31,992 nucleotides of DNA from a bacterium (lineage in GTDB: Bacteria; Zhuqueibacterota; Zhuqueibacteria; Zhuqueibacterales; Zhuqueibacteraceae): contig JBIOXB010000053.1 in assembly GCA_044869275.1 (NCBI GenBank), positions 1-31,992 on the forward strand. Direction: 5' to 3'. Position numbers and translations under genes: made by a program. Under the pieces are notes generated by a model. That model worked only from the letters and a program-made list of their open reading frames with translations. It did not search any database and was not told the origin of the DNA. Positions 16,419 to 25,310 of this stretch are shown here, one piece after another. The stretch's first letter is position 1. Each line of letters starts with the position of its first letter.

Positions 16419-19013
16419 CTAGTATTGTGCCCCCAGCGTGAGATAAATGCGCCGGTCGCGAATGGCCAGGCCTTCCAACACAAGCTCCTCGTCATTCAAC
16501 AAGTTCCGGCCGCTGGCGTTGGCAAACAGTTTGAGCTTGCCCATGGAAAAAGTCTTGCTCAGATGCAAATCGAGATTGGAAAACGCCGGCAAGGTGACTT
16601 CGTAAAAGGGATTGGTTCCCGGTTGCGCCGGCCCGCCGCCCTGTTCGGGCTTGCGAAAGCGCACGTACCCGGTTTGCTCGCCTTCTTTGAAGAGATGCAC
16701 TTGAAAAGAATAGCCGGCGTGATCGACATTGAAATTGAGCGTATACTTGTAATCCGACTTGAAGGGAAAGGCGGATTTGTCCGAGATGGAATAGCGCGAA
16801 GCGCCGGCATCGACCATCACTTTTTTGCGGAAAAAGAATACACTGCCGCGGCCTTCCACGCCGGAAATGCGCGCATTGGGCGAGTTGTCGTAAAAGGCGA
16901 TGGGAACCCCGGGCGTGATCGATACGCGAAATTTGTTGTCGTAATGATTCTGAAAGAAATTGGCGTTGAGCTGCCAGCCATAGATGGAAGTGTTGCCGCG
17001 CACGTCGCGCGAGACCGCGGCGCCGATTTCGACGCTATTGTTCTTCTCGGGCGAAAGGTTGGGTTGGTCCGCGCCGCCGGCCAGCAAGTCTGGCGCGCTG
17101 ATCTGCTGAAACAGCGTGGGAAACTTCACGTTCGAGCCGAAGCTCATGTAGGTATTGAAGCTCAGGCTTTCGCGATAAAGACCGGAGAAGTTGAGCGCAA
17201 ATTTCAACGTGGTCTCCTCCCACTGATTTTCAGTAAAAACGCCGGGCTCGCCCATGGCCTCCGTGCCACTGCGCACCACCGGATCGCTCTGGCGGTCGTG
17301 CACGCGATCATGGCGCATGCTCAAGTCCACATCCATGCCTTGCAGGGCTTCCGCGTCGGTTTTGTTGCTCAATTTGGCAATGGCGACAAAGCCGTGATGC
17401 TGCCGCTCCAGCCCCGCTGATTCCAGGCCCACGGGTTGTTCGACGATACCCCGCCGCACGTCCTCATAGTCGAGCGCGGCTTGCTGGAACTGATAGCCGC
17501 CCAGGATTTGCAGGCGGCCCAGGGCAACGCGTTTTTCGGCGTCGAGCTGCAGAGCGCGGTCGTCGAGATTGCGTTGCAGAAATCCCGAGACGACGTTGAG
17601 GTATTGGTCTTCCTGCAAGCGGCGCAGTGAAGCGGTGAGATCAATATTGTACCACCGCGATTGATTGCCGGTGTATTTCAAAGAGAAGAGATTGTTGAAG
17701 TTTGTGAGCGCTTCGCCGTCGCGATCGTTCTCATAATCGAGCGAAGTATAGACGTACATCGCGCCCAGCGAGGTCAACGGCGTGCCGTCGGGCCGTTCGG
17801 AAAAGCTGTATAACAAGTTTGCCGTATGGTTGAGCAGGGTATTGCGCAGCTCGCTGTCCTCTACCGGCACGTCGGCAAAGCTTCTTTTCGTCGCGCCGCG
17901 CTTGAAGCTGTAGGAGCCGATGACGCGGTCGATTTTCTTGTGCAGAAACAGACCCCAATTGCCGGAGCGATACGTGCCGATGCGCTGCTGGAAGCGCAGG
18001 GTGTAGTCGTTTTGAATCTTGGGCACGATGTTGATCACACCGGAAAACGCCTCCGGTCCATAAAGCGCGGTATTGCTGCCTTTGATGATCTCGAAGCGCT
18101 CGATGTCGCCCAGCTCGATGAGCGAGAGATCGAAGACGTTGTCGTAAGCGCTATTCATCTTCACGCCGTTGTACATCACGATGACTTCGTCGGCATTGCC
18201 GCCGCGTATGGCCGCGGTTTTCTTGCCGCTCAAATCTTCCTCCACTTGCACGCTTTGATCGGTTTTGAGCAAATCGCCGGCGTCGGTGAAGCCGCGAATC
18301 TCAAAGGCTTTGGCATCGACAATGGCCACGGGCTGCGGCAGATCTTTCTCGAGAATAACCGGCCGCACGGCGGTCTCGGCCTCCACCTGCACGCCCGGCA
18401 GGGCGATCACGCGCGGCTGCAAATCGATCGTCTTCATCCACACCAGCGAGTCCAGAACGATTTCGCGCGGCTCATAGGCCACGTGGCGGAACACGATTAT
18501 TTGTTTGCGACTGGCCTCAGGGATGCGCAGGGAATAACGTCCTGCAAAATCGCTGGTGGTGCCGACTTTTCCTTCCTTCACGAAAACATTGACGCCTTTG
18601 ATCTCACGGTAGGTGTTGCGGTCGCGCACCGTGCCTGCTACCATGATTTCTTCCGAGCCACCCAGATGTTTGGGAGAGAGTTCCACGAACGGCATACTCG
18701 CGAGCGCGACGTTCTTTTCCCACATCATGTCACCCACGGTTATTTCGCGGGTTTGATAATCGGGATGTTCGAACACCACCACGGCCTCACGTTCCGAGCG
18801 CGAAACCTTGAGTGTGTATCGCCCCGCCTGATCGCTGTTGGTGCCCAGACCGGTTGCTTTGACGAAAATCTTGACGCCGCTGATTTTACGCGCCGTGTTT
18901 TGATCAAGGATCTTGCCGGCCAACGTCACTTCCTGACTCCAGGAAGCCGTGGCGAACAAAAGCGTGCCCCAAAGAATTATTCCAGGGCGCGTAGCTTGCA
19001 TGGAGCGGAACAT
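16419..19013 (-). CDS. TonB-dependent receptor with two N-terminal CarboxypepD_reg-like domains
   Basis: Signal peptide; duplicated AG.(I/V).D.NT...I.GV..FVK...GT.SD.AGRY.L units; plug motif IRGG..DEVIVMYNGV, IERFEIIKG..ALYG.EAFSGVINI; C-terminal NLLN...RRIYLTLGAQY. AAGGAG before ATG 19013. Confidence 0.9.
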   Translation of the reverse strand: MFRSMQATRPGIILWGTLLFATASWSQEVTLAGKILDQNTARKISGVKIFVKATGLGTNSDQAGRYTLKVSRSEREAVVVFEHPDYQTREITVGDMMWEKNVALASMPFVELSPKHLGGSEEIMVAGTVRDRNTYREIKGVNVFVKEGKVGTTSDFAGRYSLRIPEASRKQIIVFRHVAYEPREIVLDSLVWMKTIDLQPRVIALPGVQVEAETAVRPVILEKDLPQPVAIVDAKAFEIRGFTDAGDLLKTDQSVQVEEDLSGKKTAAIRGGNADEVIVMYNGVKMNSAYDNVFDLSLIELGDIERFEIIKGSNTALYGPEAFSGVINIVPKIQNDYTLRFQQRIGTYRSGNWGLFLHKKIDRVIGSYSFKRGATKRSFADVPVEDSELRNTLLNHTANLLYSFSERPDGTPLTSLGAMYVYTSLDYENDRDGEALTNFNNLFSLKYTGNQSRWYNIDLTASLRRLQEDQYLNVVSGFLQRNLDDRALQLDAEKRVALGRLQILGGYQFQQAALDYEDVRRGIVEQPVGLESAGLERQHHGFVAIAKLSNKTDAEALQGMDVDLSMRHDRVHDRQSDPVVRSGTEAMGEPGVFTENQWEETTLKFALNFSGLYRESLSFNTYMSFGSNVKFPTLFQQISAPDLLAGGADQPNLSPEKNNSVEIGAAVSRDVRGNTSIYGWQLNANFFQNHYDNKFRVSITPGVPIAFYDNSPNARISGVEGRGSVFFFRKKVMVDAGASRYSISDKSAFPFKSDYKYTLNFNVDHAGYSFQVHLFKEGEQTGYVRFRKPEQGGGPAQPGTNPFYEVTLPAFSNLDLHLSKTFSMGKLKLFANASGRNLLNDEELVLEGLAIRDRRIYLTLGAQY

Positions 19014-19096
19014 GGCGAACTCCTTGCCCGGCGCGGGCGGAGAATGGGTAGAATTCAAAACTTAGGATTGAGAATTAAATAACTTTCCCATTTCGC

Positions 19097-19167
19097 AAAC
19101 CGCGAATGGACGCTAATACACGCGAATTGAGAGCATATTAGCGCACATTGGCGTTAATTAGCGGTTT
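19097..19167. repeat. Inverted 3 x 10-bp repeat (CGCGAAT / ATTAGCG)
   Basis: aaac cgcgaatgga cgctaataca cgcgaat ... attagcg cac attggcg tta attagcg gttt. Confidence 0.75.
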
Positions 19168-19220
19168 CAACAATGGGCAAGTCATTTGAGCGGCGATCCT
19201 TAACATCTAAAATCCGTGAG

Positions 19221-19330
19221 TCGTGGGTTGTAGATCGTGGATTGTGGATCGTGTGTTCGAAAATCGAATATCTCTTCCTTGCATGCAGATTTCCGACAGA
19301 CGATCCACAATCTACAATCCACGATCCACG
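19221..19330. repeat. Inverted heptamer array (TYGTGGA / TCCACRA)
   Basis: tcgtggg ttgtaga tcgtgga ttgtgga tcgtg, a spacer of about 45 nt, then acgatcc acaatct acaatcc acgatcc acg. Confidence 0.85.
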
Positions 19331-19337
19331 TCTAAGG

Positions 19338-20837
19338 TTACGGCACAGAACGCGCGACGCGCAAGCCGCCGACATCCTGGCCGTAGCTGCATTGATCGGG
19401 CAAATCGTTCCAGCCAATTCTATTCCGGCTGGCGGCGCGGCAAAATGGCGGCGTGCTTTGCCAGTCGCCGCCGCGGCCCATCATCGCCGGGAACTGGCCA
19501 TTGAACATGAGACGGCCCAATGGATTCGCTGGGCCGGGGCCGTAGGGGTTGCTTGCCGGACTGACGGCATAGTATTCGGATTGAAAGATATCGAAAACGA
19601 ATTCGGCGGCATTGCCAGCCATATCGTACAGGCCATAAGGATTGGGCGGAAATGATCCCACGGGCGCCACTCCTGCATAAATGTCCAGGCCTGCGGTGCC
19701 GGAGTAGTTGGCCAGATCTTGCGAGAGGGTGCCGTCGTGCGTGCCATAAGCCAATTGCTGTCCGCCGCGGCAGGCTTTTTCCCATTCCGCTTCCGTGGGC
19801 AGGCGCAAACCGTAAAACTCGCAGAAGGCGGCCGCACCGTACCACGTCAAACGCACCATGGGATGATTTTCATAACCGCGCGTGACTTGATATTCATAAA
19901 CGTTGTTTTCAACTTCGACATATTGAACCGCCTCCTCATGATACGCCGAAGAGGTGAAGCAGAGCTTAAGATACGGCAAATCGACGAAGCGCCCACGCCG
20001 CGCCGTAACGATGAAATTCTCATAAAAAACTTCACCACGAGCCGTGGCGTCGTTCAAAAAAGCGACGTATTGCGCGTTGGTCACTTCATATTTGCCGATC
20101 TGAAACGCGTCGAGATGCACCTCGTGCGCCGGGCGCTGGCTGCTCGGCCCGTTGTCGTCTCCCATGACAAAACTTCCCGCCGCAACGGTCACCATTTCAA
20201 AAGGCAATTCCGCGATGGCTTGAACGTTGATCCGGCTCTGCACGACGAAACTCTGGTATCTGGCGAATACGGTTTCTTGTCCCTCCGCATTCGGCGACGC
20301 ACGCAGCAATCCCGTGCTGTCAATGCTCGCGGCAATTCCCGGAGTGAGAGACCATTTGGCTTTTTCAGTCACAAACGCCTGGGTGCCGTCCTCGAATTGC
20401 GCATTGGCGGACATTTGCAGCGCGCCGCCCTGGGCCAGATTGGCGGAAGCCGGCGCAATCCCAAAACTCCTCGCCCGTTTGACCACTTCAATTTGAAGCG
20501 TCGCGCGCAGGCCGCGATAATCTGCCTGCACGGTTTCCACTCCCGCGAGGTTGGGGGAGGCCAGAAACCTGCCGTCAGGGAGAATCTGGCCGGCCACGCC
20601 GGGCGTAATCGACCAAACCGCTTCAGCTGTTACTGTCTCGGTTTCGCCATTCGATAAGCGTGACACGGCCTGCAATTGCTGGGGATTGCCGGAAATGACC
20701 GAGGTTTCAGTTGTTATAATTGTAAGTGCGAGAGCTGTGGCTGCGGGTTGTGAGGGTTGTTCGCGGCAGCCAAAGAGCAAAAGATGGATTCCTGCCGCCC
20801 ACCGTAGGAAGGGGAACATCTTTTCGTAATGGGGCAT
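19338..20837 (-). CDS. Lipoprotein with two Ig-like (Big_2-type) domains and a C-terminal FGE-sulfatase (SUMF1-like) domain
   Basis: Lipobox LLFGC; two repeats with WS(I/L)TPG.A; GSFVMG, IGKYEVTNAQY, RLPTEAEWEKACRGG, PNPYGLYDMAGN, RGG.W, GLRVAR. Confidence 0.85.
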   Translation of the reverse strand: MPHYEKMFPFLRWAAGIHLLLFGCREQPSQPAATALALTIITTETSVISGNPQQLQAVSRLSNGETETVTAEAVWSITPGVAGQILPDGRFLASPNLAGVETVQADYRGLRATLQIEVVKRARSFGIAPASANLAQGGALQMSANAQFEDGTQAFVTEKAKWSLTPGIAASIDSTGLLRASPNAEGQETVFARYQSFVVQSRINVQAIAELPFEMVTVAAGSFVMGDDNGPSSQRPAHEVHLDAFQIGKYEVTNAQYVAFLNDATARGEVFYENFIVTARRGRFVDLPYLKLCFTSSAYHEEAVQYVEVENNVYEYQVTRGYENHPMVRLTWYGAAAFCEFYGLRLPTEAEWEKACRGGQQLAYGTHDGTLSQDLANYSGTAGLDIYAGVAPVGSFPPNPYGLYDMAGNAAEFVFDIFQSEYYAVSPASNPYGPGPANPLGRLMFNGQFPAMMGRGGDWQSTPPFCRAASRNRIGWNDLPDQCSYGQDVGGLRVARSVP

Positions 20838-21886
20838 GCGCTAGCTCCCGCAAGAATGACAAGGGCGATGGCGTTTCGGCGGTTTAATATTTTATTGCTG
20901 CCGAATCAAGCGGTTATTATGGAAACTTCAATCTTCCGTGCACACTCTGTGCCGGAATGGAGCCTTTCGGATGAAAAAGCTGGAAGGCTGGAATGGCTTT
21001 GGTTCAAATTGACGTAAAGCAGGCTAACTTCTGCTAAATAAACTCGCTTTGACCGACGGATCCAAGGCCTAAGTGAGTTGTTTTGACGTTGTTTCCGTCT
21101 CTGCAAGCAAGGTAAGATCAGATTGGAATTGAAGCTTTTTAATGACAGTTTTGTATTAGGAGATGCGTCGTCTCTGAAATGGCTGCTGCAGTCATCTGCA
21201 TGACCGCCTATGCAAACATTGTCCGCGATCTATGCAAAGTTTGTTCTTATTTTAACAATTCTCAAAGGTAGCTTCGGATGATGCATCATTGAATTAATTC
21301 AATACTAATCATTGTGTTATGGCTTCAACTTCGTGTCGATGACAAATAAAAAAGTTAGTGGCATGTAATTTGTCTAAATTTCAGACGCTTTAGTGTGCCT
21401 AAAGCAGGTGTGGCCTTGTATCTCATATACATGGGCCCGGAGGAGAAGGAAAACTTACCCCACAATTTATCCTTTAACGAGTTGTTGGCATCCTCGATCG
21501 TTCTTACGCGCGATGTTAGCGGTAATTTTATTTGCTTTATCGTTGTGCGGCAGTACCGATAGCATCATCTCTATTAATGTATTTGCATAGCCGTTTGTTG
21601 ATTTAAAACCAAGAATATGCCATCGCATGTGGCGATGGTGCGTCTAAAACGTGAAAAGGCTACCGAATTTGAGCGGCAACTCAAGTCCGATAGCCTCAAT
21701 CAGCGAAGGAGAAAGTTCTTCGGAAGACATTTCACTCGGTAGGTGCATATCTTTCGGCCTGGCTTTTTTAGTTGGGTCGGAGTCAGGCTTTTCTCTTTTT
21801 CGCTGTATTTGTTTAGACGAGGGTTGATGTGAAAACGTTGCACTAGTTTTAAAAAAAAATGCCGCAGAGCCACAGAGAGCACTGAG

Positions 21887-22020
21887 ATGGATTTGAATCA
21901 AATCACCGAGAAAATAATCGGAGGTGCGATTGAAGTTCATAGACGTCTCGGGCCCGGGTTGTTGGAATCAATTTCAATTCTCGTTTGCTCAAAGATGGCG
22001 TCAAGAGAATGATCTTATGA
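21887..22020 (+). pseudogene. Internally deleted GxxExxY protein gene between inverted repeats
   Basis: [29 protein letters not shown] (frame from 21887) joined out of frame to [17 protein letters not shown] (21967-22020); flanked by 26-nt imperfect inverted repeats at 21861-21886 and 22024-22049. Confidence 0.85.
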
Positions 22021-22105
22021 AAACTCTGAGCACTCTGTGTCTCAGTGGCAAGAATGTTTAAATCACCCCCCAAACCCATTAACACTCATTAATGGAGGAA
22101 GTCAC

Positions 22106-25100
22106 ATGTATCGTAGGGTTCTGATGGTTGTAACCCTGCTTTTCCTTCTCCCGACTCTGGCGCTCGCGCAAGATGGCAAGATGCGCGGCCGGGTCACGGA
22201 CAAGGATTCAGGTGAGCCGCTGATCGGGGCGAGTATCGTGCTGGACGGTACCACGCTGGGCGCTTCCGCCGACATCAACGGTGACTATATCGTGTTGAGT
22301 GTTCCTCCGGGCGTTTACACGGTGAAGGTCTCGTACATCGGCTATCAGCCCTTGTCGGTGTCGAACGTGCGTGTGAGCGCCAATTTGACCACCTCGCAAG
22401 ATTTCAAGCTCGCCAGCACCGCAGTGGAAGTGGCGGGTATGGAAATCGTTGCCGAGCGGCCATTGGTGCAGCGCAATACCACCAATACCGTGCGTTTGAC
22501 CACGCAGGAAGACATTGAAAATCTTCCCATTCGCGGCACGCAAAACATCATCGCGCTCAACGCCGGCACGGTTTTGCAGAACGGCGATTTGTACGTGCGC
22601 GGCGGCCGCAAAGGCGAAGTCGGCTACTTTGTTGACGGCGCCACGGCCATGAATGCTTACAATAACGAAGAAAACGTCAGCGTCATTCAGGAAGCCGTGG
22701 AAGAAATCCAATTGCAGGCCGGCGGCTACACGGCGGAATTCGGCGGCGCCAATTCCGGCATCGTGCGCACCGCAGTGCGCTCCGGCAGCTCGGAATTCAA
22801 AATGACGGTGGATTATCGCACCGACGATTTCGCCAAACCGGGCGAGCAATTCCTCGGCACCACCGCTTTCGGTTTTCGCAACGGCGTGGTGACCTTGAGC
22901 GGCCCGATCATGAACAAGCTCAAATTCTTTGTGGCTGGCCAGCACAACTACATTCGTGACGAGGATCAACGCTTTTTCGAGCCTTTCGAATTTACGGGCT
23001 TGGTCACGGATCCGACGCAAGGCAATCCCATTCCGGTCGGCGCACTGCTGCCGGAAAATGGCACGGTGAAATACGAGCAAAACTACGTGCCGGACAACGC
23101 GCGCCGTGACAATACCGTGCAGGGCACGCTGAGCTATGATCTTTCCAACAGCCTGAAATTCCGTTTCACGGGCAGCTACAACGTGGTGGAAAGACAAGCC
23201 GGCAGAGGCTGGCCGAACTCTTTGACGAATTATTTTCAATTGCGTGACCCTCTGGCGCAGACCAAAACCGCTTTGACCAATTTGAAGCTCACGCACGTAC
23301 TCAATCCCAAAACGTTCTACGAAGCCTCTTTGTACTACTCCAAGCGGGATTTCAAGCAGTTTGACGAAACTTTTGGCGAGAATTGGCAAGCTTACTCGGA
23401 TAGCACCGCCAATGCCGCCCTGGGTTACACCGACTTCATCAGCCGCTGGGAAGGCCCGGCGCAGTATAAGACCATCAATGCTTTCGCCTTCGATCACCCC
23501 AATGCTCCGATCAACACCTATTTCTCGAACAACCAGGAAGATCTGGGTTTCTCGCTGGATCTCACCACGCAAGCCTCGAAAACCTGGGAAGTGAAAGTTG
23601 GCGGCAGGTTCGATCGCTGGAACATGCGCCAATTCAATGTCAACAATATTTCAGCCGTGATGACCTATCTTTACGGCCGAGATGGCAGAACGGTGCGCCA
23701 ATTTGAAAGCGCATTGGAACGCAGCGTACAAATGAGCCGCCAGGGCACGATTGACCGTTACGGCTATGACGTCGATGGTAACAAGCTCGACTCCGGCCTG
23801 GAAGGCCCGCGCAATCCGACCTTTTTGTCCATGTATGTGCAGAACAAATTGGAATATCGCGACCTGGTGGTCAATTTCGGTATACGTTACGAGCGCATTG
23901 CCACGGATGCCTTGGGAGTCGTCGATCTTGAAAGTCCGGAATACGACCCCAAGCTGAATTATCTCCTCGATGATCAGTTTACCACCGTGAGCGCCGAGGA
24001 TTATTTCCTGCCGCGGGTGAATTTCTCCTTCCCCGTGACCGATAAAACCGTGTTCTACGCCACCTACGGCAAGTACGTGCAAATGACCCAGTTGACTGAC
24101 GTATACGGCGGCAATCGCCGGCTGAATGACTCGGTGGTTCCGGTATCGCGTTCGCCCTACGGCACGTTCGGAAATTGGGTCGGTTTCACGGCAAAACCGG
24201 AACGCTCGACGCAATATGAGATGGGCATCCGCCAATCTTTGACCGACAACTTCGCGCTGACGGTGACGGGCTTTTACAAAGATTTGCGCGACCAGCTCCG
24301 CTGGGACAGAGTTCTGGCAGACGGCTCGGACGTTCTGGCCGCGGGTAGTGTGCTCTTCTCCGGTTTGATTAACAACGACATTGCCACGATCAAAGGATTG
24401 GAAACGACCCTGGAGCTGCGGCGCACCAAGCGTTTGGCCGCGAAGTTGAACTACACCATTTCCAGCACCAAGGGCACCGGCTCTGATTCACGCGCCACGC
24501 GCGTGGTGGTCAGCGACGGCGGCACGCGCTATCCGTTGTTGATCTATCCTTTGAACCATAACCAGCCGCATCGCGGCAGCTTGGTGATGGACTATCGCTG
24601 GGCGCTGGGCGACGGCGGCCCGGTTCTGCAAGGCGTGGGCTTGAACGCCATCTTCGGCTTCACCAGCGGCCACAGCTATACCCAGATCAAAGAACCCGCG
24701 AATCTGGGCCAGGCGAGCCCGTGGAACGTCGGCGTTCGTCCCTTGATTGATTCGCGCAGCAGCAATCCCACGGAGCCGATCAATACTTCGCAAACGCCGT
24801 GGAATTTCAACATTGACTTGACTCTGGGCAAAAACTTCCGCGCCGGCAGCTTGGGCATGGAGGTGTATGCCGTCGTGCTGAACGCGTTGAATACCAAAAG
24901 CGTGATCAACGTGTATCCCTCCACCGGCACGGCCGAAGACGACGGCTGGCTGCGCAGCCCGCTGGCGGCGTCGTTCACCGAAATTCCGAATTACGTGGAA
25001 TTCTACAACGCCATCAACCAGCAAAATCGCTGGGCCTACGGCACCGTCGTCGCCAACGCCGGAACCATCTCGAATTCTGGGATCGGCAGCGATCTTTATG

Positions 25101-25144
25101 GCATTCCGCGACAGATTCAGTTGGGTTTGAAAATCGAGCTGTAA
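22106..25144 (+). CDS. TonB-dependent receptor with N-terminal CarboxypepD_reg-like domain
   Basis: Signal peptide; GRVTDKDSGEPLIGA, VRGGR..EVGYFVDG, GGYTAEFG..SGIV, KPERSTQYEMG, C-terminal PRQIQLGLKIEL; GGAGG RBS before ATG 22106. Confidence 0.92.
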   Translation: MYRRVLMVVTLLFLLPTLALAQDGKMRGRVTDKDSGEPLIGASIVLDGTTLGASADINGDYIVLSVPPGVYTVKVSYIGYQPLSVSNVRVSANLTTSQDFKLASTAVEVAGMEIVAERPLVQRNTTNTVRLTTQEDIENLPIRGTQNIIALNAGTVLQNGDLYVRGGRKGEVGYFVDGATAMNAYNNEENVSVIQEAVEEIQLQAGGYTAEFGGANSGIVRTAVRSGSSEFKMTVDYRTDDFAKPGEQFLGTTAFGFRNGVVTLSGPIMNKLKFFVAGQHNYIRDEDQRFFEPFEFTGLVTDPTQGNPIPVGALLPENGTVKYEQNYVPDNARRDNTVQGTLSYDLSNSLKFRFTGSYNVVERQAGRGWPNSLTNYFQLRDPLAQTKTALTNLKLTHVLNPKTFYEASLYYSKRDFKQFDETFGENWQAYSDSTANAALGYTDFISRWEGPAQYKTINAFAFDHPNAPINTYFSNNQEDLGFSLDLTTQASKTWEVKVGGRFDRWNMRQFNVNNISAVMTYLYGRDGRTVRQFESALERSVQMSRQGTIDRYGYDVDGNKLDSGLEGPRNPTFLSMYVQNKLEYRDLVVNFGIRYERIATDALGVVDLESPEYDPKLNYLLDDQFTTVSAEDYFLPRVNFSFPVTDKTVFYATYGKYVQMTQLTDVYGGNRRLNDSVVPVSRSPYGTFGNWVGFTAKPERSTQYEMGIRQSLTDNFALTVTGFYKDLRDQLRWDRVLADGSDVLAAGSVLFSGLINNDIATIKGLETTLELRRTKRLAAKLNYTISSTKGTGSDSRATRVVVSDGGTRYPLLIYPLNHNQPHRGSLVMDYRWALGDGGPVLQGVGLNAIFGFTSGHSYTQIKEPANLGQASPWNVGVRPLIDSRSSNPTEPINTSQTPWNFNIDLTLGKNFRAGSLGMEVYAVVLNALNTKSVINVYPSTGTAEDDGWLRSPLAASFTEIPNYVEFYNAINQQNRWAYGTVVANAGTISNSGIGSDLYGIPRQIQLGLKIEL

Positions 25145-25168
25145 GATCGCGTCGTGAATGAACAGGCG

Positions 25169-25255
25169 GTAGGTTCATATTCTTGTAGAGACGGCTCGCC
25201 GAGCCGTCTCTGTAGGTGCATATCTTCGTAGAGACGGCCCACCGGCCGTCTCTAC
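25169..25255. repeat. Two tandem GTAG-type REP hairpins
   Basis: GTAGAGACGGCTCG-CCGAGCCGTCTCT (25185) and GTAGAGACGGCC-cacc-GGCCGTCTCTAC (25228), each preceded by GTAGGT(T/G)CATAT; 43-nt period. Confidence 0.8.
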
Positions 25256-25310
25256 CACCGTAACATCGATTCTTGAATAAATCGTAATCCTGAGAAAGGA
25301 GCAACACGAT

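Noticed and set aside
15822..20837. Diversity-generating retroelement (Avd-like gene near an FGE-domain protein, a common DGR target fold)
   Set aside because: No reverse transcriptase in the window, and I found no template repeat matching the 3' end of the FGE gene.
21359..21375. Sigma54 promoter TGGCATGTAATTTGTC
   Set aside because: The conserved -12 GC is replaced by GT.
21739..21753. Exact 15-mer GTAGGTGCATATCTT shared with 25212-25226
   Set aside because: About one such match is expected by chance in 32 kb; no further similarity seen.
20838..21860. ncRNA, riboswitch or small gene in the 1-kb divergent intergenic region
   Set aside because: No motif I could recognise; an Rfam covariance search would be needed.
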